From Candidatus Bathyarchaeia archaeon (lineage in GTDB: Archaea; Thermoproteota; Bathyarchaeia; Bathyarchaeales; Bathycorpusculaceae), in the NCBI GenBank assembly GCA_049512075.1, contig JBEKXL010000001.1, positions 336,410-376,409 of the forward strand: a stretch of DNA of 40,000 bases. Reading direction: 5' to 3'. The notes below the pieces were generated by a model. The model did no database searches, had not been told where the DNA came from, and saw nothing but the letters and a program-made list of their open reading frames with translations. Positions 1 to 7,648 of this stretch are shown piece after piece; the stretch's first letter is position 1; each line of letters begins with the position of its first letter. The position numbers and the translations under genes are program-made.

Positions 1-87
1 GAGGAAAATAAATTAATAGAGGCAGGCTTTGAATACGTACGCTACAGCGAAAAAGACGAAGTCGCCATATACCGCAAACGAAAGTAA
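1..87 (+). CDS. 3' end of a CDS entering from upstream of the window (hypothetical; C-terminus EENKLIEAGFEYVRYSEKDEVAIYRKRK*)
   Basis: Frame 1 is open from base 1 to TAA at 85-87. The peptide looks protein-like, but 28 aa is too short to assign a family. Confidence 0.3.
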   Translation, partial: EENKLIEAGFEYVRYSEKDEVAIYRKRK

Positions 88-128
88 TCGCCACGGGCTA
101 TTTCCAAACCTCAGTAGTATTACTCAGG

Positions 129-206
129 GCTCCGGTAGTATAGTCCGGTTAAGTATTCCGGCCTTTCGAGCCGGAGACCCGGGTCCAAATCCCGGCCGGA
201 GCACCA
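129..206 (+). tRNA. tRNA-Glu (anticodon UUC) with genomically encoded CCA
   Basis: Hand-folded cloverleaf. Acceptor GCTCCGG/CCGGAGC; D-stem GTAT/GTAT with G-U pairs; anticodon stem CCGGC/GCCGG with loop CTTTCGA (anticodon TTC). T-stem CCGGG/CCCGG with loop TCCAAAT, where C at position 55 is slightly unusual. Discriminator A followed by CCA. Confidence 0.85.
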
Positions 207-218
207 AAGAACTTTCTC

Positions 219-245
219 TTAGCGCGCGCTGGGATTTGAACATTA
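219..245. repeat. Truncated third copy of the head of the 119-bp tRNA-like repeat (TTAGCGCGCGCTGGGATTTGAAC)
   Basis: Resembles CAAGCGCGCGCTGGGAGAGTTTCGAAC at 6041 and 32529. It lies 13 bp after the tRNA-Glu CCA end. Confidence 0.4.
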
Positions 246-837
246 GACCAAGTGAAGAAATCTTCCGCACAAACACTTTTTTTCTTTTAGCCCGCGTGGA
301 GGTGATCCCATCTGAGAAAAATAAATACAGATCAACCAAACCGCGGCGCTATTGTAGCTAGCTAGCTAGCAACCTTGCCCAACAGTTCACCATCCTCAGC
401 GGAATAGCAGCATTATTCTTTGTCTTAGCGGTAATGACGGTAAAGGACAAAATGGCCGACTAAGAAAGAGACTTACGCCCGAGAAGTGCGCATGTGCATG
501 CAACATGTCCTTTTCTTAAGGCGCGGGCGCTAAATACGAGACCTCAACCCAAGAATAAATGTTAACCAATTTCGGGACAAGCCAGCGCGCGCTATGGAGA
601 GAGACTGAGGTTAAAGTGAATCTTAGCTATAAGGGGCTCTGTCAACTCTTCGGGACTTGAATGATAGCGCCGCGCTACCTTAGAACCGAAAGCGGTTTAG
701 TTCGTGCTTCTTTCGCGCGCGCGAATGTGCGGAATGTTGCTCAAAGGAGCTACTGATTTAGCCCGCACTACCGATGATGCCGCAAACTTGAGTGAAACTT
801 ATAAAGAAACCAAGCGACTTTCATAAGGGCGAAATCC

Positions 838-1119
838 ATGTCCGAACCTTCAGCCCGTGCTAACCCTGACGATTTAGAAATGTTAAAACTTTTCAGAACG
901 CGACAAGACGCGCGTGCGCGCGAAATAGCACGCGCGCTAAGGATTTCGGGCATAATCCTTCTCGTCATTGGTCTGTTAGTAGCGGTTGGACAAACTTTCA
1001 ACATAATAAGTGAATTCTATTATGAAACAGAGTTGCTAGGCAGCTTGTGTTGGATCGCTGTCGGAATGGCAATTGAGTTCTTCGGCATAGGTCTAATTAT
1101 CGTTAGCAAAGAAAAATAG
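838..1119 (+). CDS. Small two-TM membrane protein (hypothetical)
   Basis: 93-aa ORF with two hydrophobic helices in the C-terminal half. The N-terminal part overlaps three GC-palindrome-like motifs (about 900-945), so the start and the reality of the gene are uncertain. Confidence 0.35.
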   Translation: MSEPSARANPDDLEMLKLFRTRQDARAREIARALRISGIILLVIGLLVAVGQTFNIISEFYYETELLGSLCWIAVGMAIEFFGIGLIIVSKEK

Positions 1120-1344
1120 CGAGCGCCATAAACACAAGCGCGCGCGCTGTTCGAGAGACATCTCCACTTGTCTTGGGTTCAAATCCCAAAGACCCTGCAA
1201 CCTAAACAAAAAAAGGGCGCGCGGTTGAGCTGGAGACGTTGTGAGGGGATTAACCCGTTGTGTTTGATTGCGTAAGTAAAGGATTTATTCGGCGAATACT
1301 CCAGAGGTTTGGCTATATTGGTTTGTTGTGAAGGGGGACGGGAA

Positions 1345-1839
1345 ATGAAGTCGGCTTTGCTCGTAATTGATGTGCAGAAGGAGTTTTTCAACATCAGTCA
1401 GACATGTTCTGACTCTTTGAAGTCGGCGGTTGAATACATAAATGCGACAATCGCCCTCTTTAGAAAGAAAAGTTTACCCGTCTTTGTCATACAACATAGG
1501 AGTGACAAGGAGGGCCTCGTACCAGGAAAACCAGGTTTTGACGTTCCTGAGAGTTTGAAGGTTGAGCCTCAGGATACACGCATAGTCAAGACCTATGGTA
1601 ACTCATTTGTGAAAACTGGTCTTGAAGAGAAACTCAGAGAACTTGGAGTTGACACGGTATTCGTGACTGGGTTTTGTGCAGAATTCTGCGTTTTATCCAC
1701 GTATAGAGGTGCTGAGAACCTTGACTTCGTGCCGATAATAGTAAAGGGTTCTATCGCTTCGGACAATATAGAACACATCAGGTTCGTGGAAGAGATCAGC
1801 GAAACCATTTCTCTCGGCGCATTGAAAACTCTTCTCTAA
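1345..1839 (+). CDS. Isochorismatase-family cysteine hydrolase
   Basis: MKSALLVIDVQKEFF N-terminus and VTGFCAEFCVLST motif (Asp/Lys/Cys triad context). ATG at 1345 is preceded by GGGGGA. The longer ORF-track start at 1309 is less likely. Confidence 0.8.
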   Translation: MKSALLVIDVQKEFFNISQTCSDSLKSAVEYINATIALFRKKSLPVFVIQHRSDKEGLVPGKPGFDVPESLKVEPQDTRIVKTYGNSFVKTGLEEKLRELGVDTVFVTGFCAEFCVLSTYRGAENLDFVPIIVKGSIASDNIEHIRFVEEISETISLGALKTLL

Positions 1840-2193
1840 TTCTATTCTTTAGCGCGCGCTTTCTGTCAGTTGGTTGTAAGAACAACCTTCCCCACTCTCA
1901 GCACGCTAACCTTATTTGGTATAGATAGCAGCGACCCTGAATCTGAACAAAAAAGGGAAATTTCGGTAGAAATTACAGTCTGGGAACGGTAACTCCCGGG
2001 CTACCACTCCTGGACTCCGCGAGCACACAGCAACTGTATCTGCACCTAATTAGGTATGAATCCCCACCGATCCACGTAGTGAATATATAGACGGTATTGC
2101 CTAGTAACTCATACCACATGGAGCAATGGAGGTTGGTGTTCATGCGAAAATTGAGGAGTTTAGAAGAAGGAAAAGAACCGGACTTAAAGTCTG

Positions 2194-2212
2194 AATCCCG
2201 GCCGGAGCACCA
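2194..2212 (+). repeat. Exact 19-nt copy of the tRNA-Glu 3' end (AATCCCGGCCGGAGCACCA)
   Basis: Identical to 188-206 and in direct orientation. No matching tRNA 5' half lies upstream. Confidence 0.85.
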
Positions 2213-2348
2213 TTGTTCTCACTCTTGATGTACCTGTTTTGCCCAAAAAAGCTCAGTTTAGGTAGCACGCGCGCTATCGAACAGAATGAATCGCGCGAGC
2301 TGAGTGTGTCTGAGAGTTACGTCAGATAAACATGCAAAATCGTGTTAG

Positions 2349-5300
2349 TTACTTGCGCTTCTGTAGGTCTTCTTTCCTAATAAGTAGCTCGTTCTCTAGA
2401 TGGTCCCGATTGCTCATCTTCTTGATCTTCAGGAATTTTTCTAGGCCTTTCTCTGTTTCTTTCTCGTGGATGTTGACCTCTCCGTCAAACAGTCCTAGAA
2501 TTGCGTGAAGCTCCTCTGAAGTGTGCATTTGAGGATCTATTACTGCTAGAGTAGTGAATCCCGCTGACCGCAATTCGGGTATGAGTGCAGCGAGCCATCT
2601 TCTCGTTTGAACTACATGATGTTGAAGGAGAACGTCCGAAATTATCTCAATGCAAATCCTTCTTGGACGCTGGTGAGTCGCATCTATTTTGCGGATGGCT
2701 GAAGTTAGAGCCATGTTGATGTTTGTCAAGTTGTCTACACCGTTTATCTTGACCACGTTGGGCAAGCTTTTGATGATCGCGTCTGCCTGAGGATTACACA
2801 CGAAGAGGCAGAAGTTTGAGGGGAACTCCTCCGCGAGTATCTTACAGTCACACATACCAGGGTCGATGGTGACATGAAATGTCTCTTCACCCCTTTTTGC
2901 CCCCGTCTCAAGAAAACTCCTGACCAGTAAACCCCTCACGTCGTAGGAAGGTGAGGTCAAAGCCACCGCGTAGTTTTCGGGTATCCCCCCACACAAAAGC
3001 CCGTCAAGGCCTGCGTACCCAGTAGCGATGTGACCGGGAATACCCTCCGAGACTTCTGCGGCGGGTTCGGACTTCGAGACCACTTCCCGCGCAGTTTCTT
3101 CGCGAACCATTCTTGACCTTGTTTTTTCTACCCTCTTGATCGCACCGATCTCCTGATATATGCCAAGTGCTTGGTTCAACAGCGAAAAGGCTCTTTCTTC
3201 ATCGCCCTCTTCGTTCCTTTCCAGATGCGTTGAGCCGTATTCGTACAGAAGATCAGCGAATGGTTCGACGTACCATTTCTGTGCATCCACGGATTTATAT
3301 CCTTGAAAGCTCTTTTCGAAGTGTTGTATTGATTGTTCCCAGTTTTTCTGCTCTCTCAAGAGCATTGCTTTCAACATTTCGACTTCGGCCATAACAAGCT
3401 TGTTTTTGGCTTTTGCTGCGTACGCACGGATCTTCTCGATCAGTTCCCTGGCCTTTTCACTTTCGCCTTTTTTCAGATACAACTTCGAAAGCTTAGGCAG
3501 CACTAGTAGAACCTGGGTGTCTACGTCTCCTGCTTCTTGATATGCGCTGTTGGATTCATTAAGGTACTTCTCTGCTTCCCCGTAGTCTTCCATTTCCATG
3601 AACAATTCGCCAAGCCCGACGCCCGCTTCTGCAGAAAACTGGTATTCTCCTACTCTTCTTGCCATGTCATAGGCTTCCCTCAGATACTGAAGACTCTTCT
3701 CCCATTCTCCTAAGACGAGATAGCATACGCCAATACCGGTCAATGGGACCGAAACATGGGCGGTGTATTTGGCTCTCTTGTCAAATGCCAAAATTTCTTC
3801 AAACATGGACATTGCTCTCTGGATTTCGCCCATGTACGCATAGCTTGAAGCCAACATCACATCAAGCCAGGCTAAGCCGTATAAGCCGCCAACTTTTCTC
3901 ACGAACTCCGACCCTTTCTGAGCGGTTTCAAATGATTTTTGAAGCTCTCCAATGCTACCGTAAAGTGTGGCAAGGTTGTTGTAGAAATTCGTAGCGTACC
4001 CTACCAAGTTATTCTTGAGAGCCATCTTCAGCCCTTGCTCGTAGTATTGCAGAGCCTTTTCATGTTCGCCAGATTTCAGACTTATCGTCCCCAAGTCATT
4101 ATAGCACCCTGTGAGGACTTGTTGGTTGCCTAGCCTCTCTGCGAGTTCAAAGGCTTTCTGTGCCCAAGACAATGCTTCAGGTTTGCCACTTCGCCAAAGC
4201 ATGTGTGAGATGTCTTCATATAGACCGGCTAGTTCCGCACTTTCAGGCTCTTTTTGAAGTATTTCCAAAGCCATGTTATGATGCTTAGAAGCAATGTCCT
4301 TGTCCCCAGCATTCTGCCAGAACAGTGATCCCATCCATCCGTGAAGTCGTGCACTGTTTTTCTTGTCTTCTAGCTGGTCCCACAAATCCAATGCTCTATC
4401 CCAGTATTCCAAGCAGACGCGTGGTTCGCCCATCCACCATTTGAGGCTACCAAGCCTTTCAATTATGCGCGCCTTCTTCTCAAGATTATCTCCTTGTTCT
4501 TCGAGAAGCTCAAGGGCATGCTGAAGGTAAGAAAAGGCCTCATTGTGAGCATAAACTCTCTGCGCTTTTTCCCCTGCCTTCAAGAAGTATTCAAGCGCCT
4601 TGTCCTTGTCACCAGCCTCCAAGAAGTGGTAAGCCAGTTCCCCAAAATGTTGATCAACACTACTAGCATAGACTTTCTCCAAAGCATTTCCAACAGAATC
4701 GTGAAGCTTCTTGTGTCGTAGATGGCTAACTTCTTCATGCACGACATCTCTCACCATTACATCAGCGAAACAGTACACATCTTCTGCACGAATCACCTTC
4801 TCCTTGACCAGTCCTGTCTTCAACATTCTTTCCATCAGTTCGAGTAATTTATTTTCCTCAATGCCAGTCACGCCGCGTAGAGCCTCAAATGTGAAGTCGT
4901 TACCGACGAAAGAAGCCAAGGTCAGAATGCTCTGGCTTTCATCATCCAATCGGTTTATTCTTGTCTTTATTACACTCTTTACAGTTGTAGGGAACTCGAT
5001 CTTTGAGACTTCCCTGATCTTCCATTGGTTCTCCTCGCGAAAGATAACGTCTTCTTCCTTCAGAGATCTCATCACTTCTTCCACGAAGAAAGGGTTCCCT
5101 CTAGTCTTCTCATAAACTAACTCACAGAACTCTTTCGGCACCTCTTCCTGCTCCAGGATCTGCCGGATCATCTCAGAAACATCATTGAGAGACATTCGCT
5201 TCAGCATGATAGGCCTCAACAGACGTTCCCTATTCAGTTCCGCCAAGACTGGCGACAGAGGATGCTTCTCGTCAACGTCAGTCTCACGATAAGCACCCAG

Positions 5301-5900
5301 AAGAAGCAATCGTGTCTTGTAGATGCCGCGCGCCAAATAGTGTAAGAGCAGAAGCGAAGTCTGATCAGTCCACTGCAAATCATCAAGAACGACCAACAAC
5401 GGAGCTTCCTTACAAACGTTGACTATAAACTGGAAGACTGCCTCAAACAGCCTGTCACGCTCGTGTTCAGGACCGACAGGTAGGGACTGAGGAATCGTCC
5501 CGAGCTTTTGCCTAAGTTCAGGAACCAACTTTGCAACCTCACTTGGATAAAAGCTAACAACCCTGTACAATTGCTCTGGACTACAAGCCTCCAAATAGTC
5601 TCTTAGCACCTCGCTCCATAGAACATACGGAGGAACCCCATCCATCCTGAACAGAGCCGGACATCTTCCATAGAGAACTTGCATCCCACGCAAGCGTGCG
5701 TAAGCACCGAGTTCTCTGGTCAGCCTCGTCTTGCCTATTCCAGCCTCTCCGGACAGAAAAACAAGACCGCCCTGACCCTGAATTGCCCCATCAACGGCCT
5801 CCCTAAGAAGCCTCATCTCCTCAACTCTATCAATAAGCTGACTCTCTTTTACCGCAAGAGGACGCGGGCTCGGAACAACTTCTGGCTCACGCGACGGCAC
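2349..5900 (-). CDS. STAND-type NTPase (AAA_16-like P-loop) with a long TPR array and a C-terminal degenerate KaiC/RecA-like domain
   Basis: 1183 aa with a GTG start. Walker A GEAGIGKT and Walker B LLVVLDDLQWTD. Many TPR-like helical repeats across roughly aa 410-890. The C-terminus (ATGYAGLDGLLCGGIPENYAVALTSPSYDVRG) resembles the KaiC/RecA N-terminal motif but lacks the GxxGxGKT P-loop. Confidence 0.85.
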   Translation of the reverse strand: MPSREPEVVPSPRPLAVKESQLIDRVEEMRLLREAVDGAIQGQGGLVFLSGEAGIGKTRLTRELGAYARLRGMQVLYGRCPALFRMDGVPPYVLWSEVLRDYLEACSPEQLYRVVSFYPSEVAKLVPELRQKLGTIPQSLPVGPEHERDRLFEAVFQFIVNVCKEAPLLVVLDDLQWTDQTSLLLLHYLARGIYKTRLLLLGAYRETDVDEKHPLSPVLAELNRERLLRPIMLKRMSLNDVSEMIRQILEQEEVPKEFCELVYEKTRGNPFFVEEVMRSLKEEDVIFREENQWKIREVSKIEFPTTVKSVIKTRINRLDDESQSILTLASFVGNDFTFEALRGVTGIEENKLLELMERMLKTGLVKEKVIRAEDVYCFADVMVRDVVHEEVSHLRHKKLHDSVGNALEKVYASSVDQHFGELAYHFLEAGDKDKALEYFLKAGEKAQRVYAHNEAFSYLQHALELLEEQGDNLEKKARIIERLGSLKWWMGEPRVCLEYWDRALDLWDQLEDKKNSARLHGWMGSLFWQNAGDKDIASKHHNMALEILQKEPESAELAGLYEDISHMLWRSGKPEALSWAQKAFELAERLGNQQVLTGCYNDLGTISLKSGEHEKALQYYEQGLKMALKNNLVGYATNFYNNLATLYGSIGELQKSFETAQKGSEFVRKVGGLYGLAWLDVMLASSYAYMGEIQRAMSMFEEILAFDKRAKYTAHVSVPLTGIGVCYLVLGEWEKSLQYLREAYDMARRVGEYQFSAEAGVGLGELFMEMEDYGEAEKYLNESNSAYQEAGDVDTQVLLVLPKLSKLYLKKGESEKARELIEKIRAYAAKAKNKLVMAEVEMLKAMLLREQKNWEQSIQHFEKSFQGYKSVDAQKWYVEPFADLLYEYGSTHLERNEEGDEERAFSLLNQALGIYQEIGAIKRVEKTRSRMVREETAREVVSKSEPAAEVSEGIPGHIATGYAGLDGLLCGGIPENYAVALTSPSYDVRGLLVRSFLETGAKRGEETFHVTIDPGMCDCKILAEEFPSNFCLFVCNPQADAIIKSLPNVVKINGVDNLTNINMALTSAIRKIDATHQRPRRICIEIISDVLLQHHVVQTRRWLAALIPELRSAGFTTLAVIDPQMHTSEELHAILGLFDGEVNIHEKETEKGLEKFLKIKKMSNRDHLENELLIRKEDLQKRK

Positions 5901-6040
5901 AAGTATGACTCCATGCTAACGGTTAATCACATTCATCTTGTTGCGCAATCCTAAAAAAGATATCTCATACCACAAGAGAAAGTGATACAGCCCTTCTCAG
6001 CATGTGCATCGAACAAAATCAAAAACGGTCCATGCCTTTC

Positions 6041-6159
6041 CAAGCGCGCGCTGGGAGAGTTTCGAACCCTCGCCGAGCACAGGCAAGCATACTTTTTCCG
6101 GCAAATTCGTGTTCTGATAAGGGCTAGAGCACCATTTTGACGAGGTCAAGAGAGAGATA
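6041..6159. repeat. 119-bp repeat, copy A (tRNA-like T-arm plus acceptor remnant on the minus strand, ...CTAGAGCACCA on the plus strand)
   Basis: About 93% identical by eye to 32529-32648, in direct orientation. On the minus strand it contains GAGGG-TTCGAAA-CTCTC followed by CCAGCGCG. Confidence 0.85.
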
Positions 6160-6245
6160 TCGAGAAAAAGACGTGCTTTCACATGTTCTAGTTTCCTAGG
6201 AGAAAAGTTATAGTCCAGTTTGGCTCTGTTACGAGCAGGATGTAG

Positions 6246-7244
6246 AAGGCAATTTGTCTGGGCAAATATCTGGCTGTAGACCGAATCGAATTCATCGTAA
6301 CCTATCTCTGCAACTCAAGCTGTAGCCATTGCCAACTCAGTGAAGAAGAGAAAGGGAAGAGGTTTCCAAGTCATGTTGACAAGGACAAGACTGTCGAGAT
6401 TGTCAGAAAGGTCGGACAAGCGTATGCTCCAAAATCAATCATGACGTTTGGAGGAGAGCCTCTGCTCTATCCTGAAATCGTCTGCGCAATCCACGAACAA
6501 GCAAAGAAAGTGGGTATTCCCATTCGAGAAGTCATCACGAGCGGTTTCTGGTCGACAAGAGCAGAGAAGATTCAGGAAATCGCCCAGAACCTCGCGAAAT
6601 CTGGTGTTAATGAAGTCTCAATCTCGGTTGACTGCTTTCATCAAGAATTCATTCCGCTTAAGACCGTTAAGAAGGCCGCGAATTCACTCATTGCGGCAGG
6701 AATTGAGCGCGTAAGCTGGAATCCTTGTTGGGTCGTGTCTAAAGGTCATGACAACAAATACAATCGCAGAACCAAGACAATCCTGCAGAAACTCCGCAAT
6801 CTGCAAGTGGAAGAGAGTGAAGGAAACAGCGTGCAGCCCAAAGGAAGAGCCCGTTCATCTTTAACAGAATTCTTTCCACTGAGAACGCCAGTGCCGAAGG
6901 GAAAATGTGGCGAGATGCCCTACACGGAAGCGCTTGATTCAGTCAAAACAATTTCCGTAGAACCAGACGGAAGAGTTGCTGTCTGCGAGAATTTCTACAT
7001 CGGAAACGCGTTCAAATCCGACATCATTGATATCCTAGAGAACTATGACCCGTTCAAGATTCCTGAAGCCAAATCAATACTCGAAAAAGGCATGAACGGA
7101 CTGATAAAATGGGCAAAGAACAGAGACGTCGAGCCAAGGCCTGAGGGATACTACAACATCTGTCACATGTGCACCGATCTTCGAGAAAGAGCAAGCACCG
7201 CATGCTCGAATTCTTCAACCCACCGGCTACCAGTAAAAGATTAG
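6246..7244 (+). CDS. Radical SAM protein with a C-terminal Cys-rich SPASM/twitch-like region; 5' end unresolved
   Basis: CNSSCSHC (CxxxCxxC) is encoded at 6309-6332, upstream of the ORF-track ATG (6441) and in the same frame. GGEPLLYPE follows, then C-terminal Cys motifs (GRVAVC, CHMC). No ATG/GTG/TTG lies between the in-frame TAG at 6243 and the Cys motif. Confidence 0.7.
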   Translation, partial: KAICLGKYLAVDRIEFIVTYLCNSSCSHCQLSEEEKGKRFPSHVDKDKTVEIVRKVGQAYAPKSIMTFGGEPLLYPEIVCAIHEQAKKVGIPIREVITSGFWSTRAEKIQEIAQNLAKSGVNEVSISVDCFHQEFIPLKTVKKAANSLIAAGIERVSWNPCWVVSKGHDNKYNRRTKTILQKLRNLQVEESEGNSVQPKGRARSSLTEFFPLRTPVPKGKCGEMPYTEALDSVKTISVEPDGRVAVCENFYIGNAFKSDIIDILENYDPFKIPEAKSILEKGMNGLIKWAKNRDVEPRPEGYYNICHMCTDLRERASTACSNSSTHRLPVKD

Positions 7245-7273
7245 CGCACGCGCTTTTGGGTTTTGGGCTTGGG

Positions 7274-7286
7274 GGTAAAGTTTTAT
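7274..7286 (+). promoter_or_regulatory. GGTAAAGTTTTAT box (BRE/TATA-like), copy 1
   Basis: 13-mer shared with 20747, 22176 and 25632, and in variant form on the minus strand at 39633-39648, where it sits about 25-40 nt upstream of the MFS start codon. Confidence 0.45.
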
Positions 7287-7305
7287 TCCTTCCTTCCTTC
7301 AAGCA

Positions 7306-7570
7306 AGATCCTATAGCTGTGGTGAAGTTTCAGGTAAAGAGACGTCCCGAAGACGTAGTTGCTCCTGAACATCTTCTGCGTCAGCTGCGCGCCTATGAAG
7401 AGTTGCTTTCAAAATCTACTGGTTCTTTGCCCTATAGACAGCAAATACAGCTTAATGCAATAACTGAAGGGTTAGCCCTCATACGAGGAGATGTCGAACT
7501 CAAACAAGACCATGTGGACACAATTGCACGGCTTTCTAAATGGATAAACTACGACTTCAAAGAGATTTAG
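7306..7570 (+). pseudogene. C-terminal fragment of a paralogue of the 299-aa P-loop ATPase (14858-15757)
   Basis: VVKFQVKRRPEDVVAPEHLLRQLRAYEELLSKSTGSLPYRQQIQLNAITEGLALIRG...WINYDFKEI aligns with the last ~85 aa of the 14858-15757 product. No ATPase domain lies upstream. Confidence 0.7.
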
Positions 7571-7648
7571 CATGCGCGCTCTAAAATCTTAGTCAAACGA
7601 GTTCCCAAGCAGACATTCGAGCCCAGTAGATGCATGATGCTGGATAGA

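Noticed and set aside
297-308. GGAGGTGATCC, a perfect complement to the 16S rRNA 3' end (very strong SD-like sequence)
   Set aside because: No start codon follows within a usable distance and no ORF begins there, so it is probably coincidental.
29-361. 110-aa plus-strand ORF and the 124-339 minus-strand ORF
   Set aside because: Both run straight through the tRNA-Glu gene and a GC palindrome. The peptides are low-complexity, so I treat them as spurious.
6041-6159. Complete minus-strand tRNA gene (also at 32529-32648)
   Set aside because: The T-arm and 3' acceptor strand are plausible, but I could not find a matching 5' acceptor strand (GCGCTGG), D-arm or anticodon arm, even allowing an intron. 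I report it as a tRNA-like repeat only.
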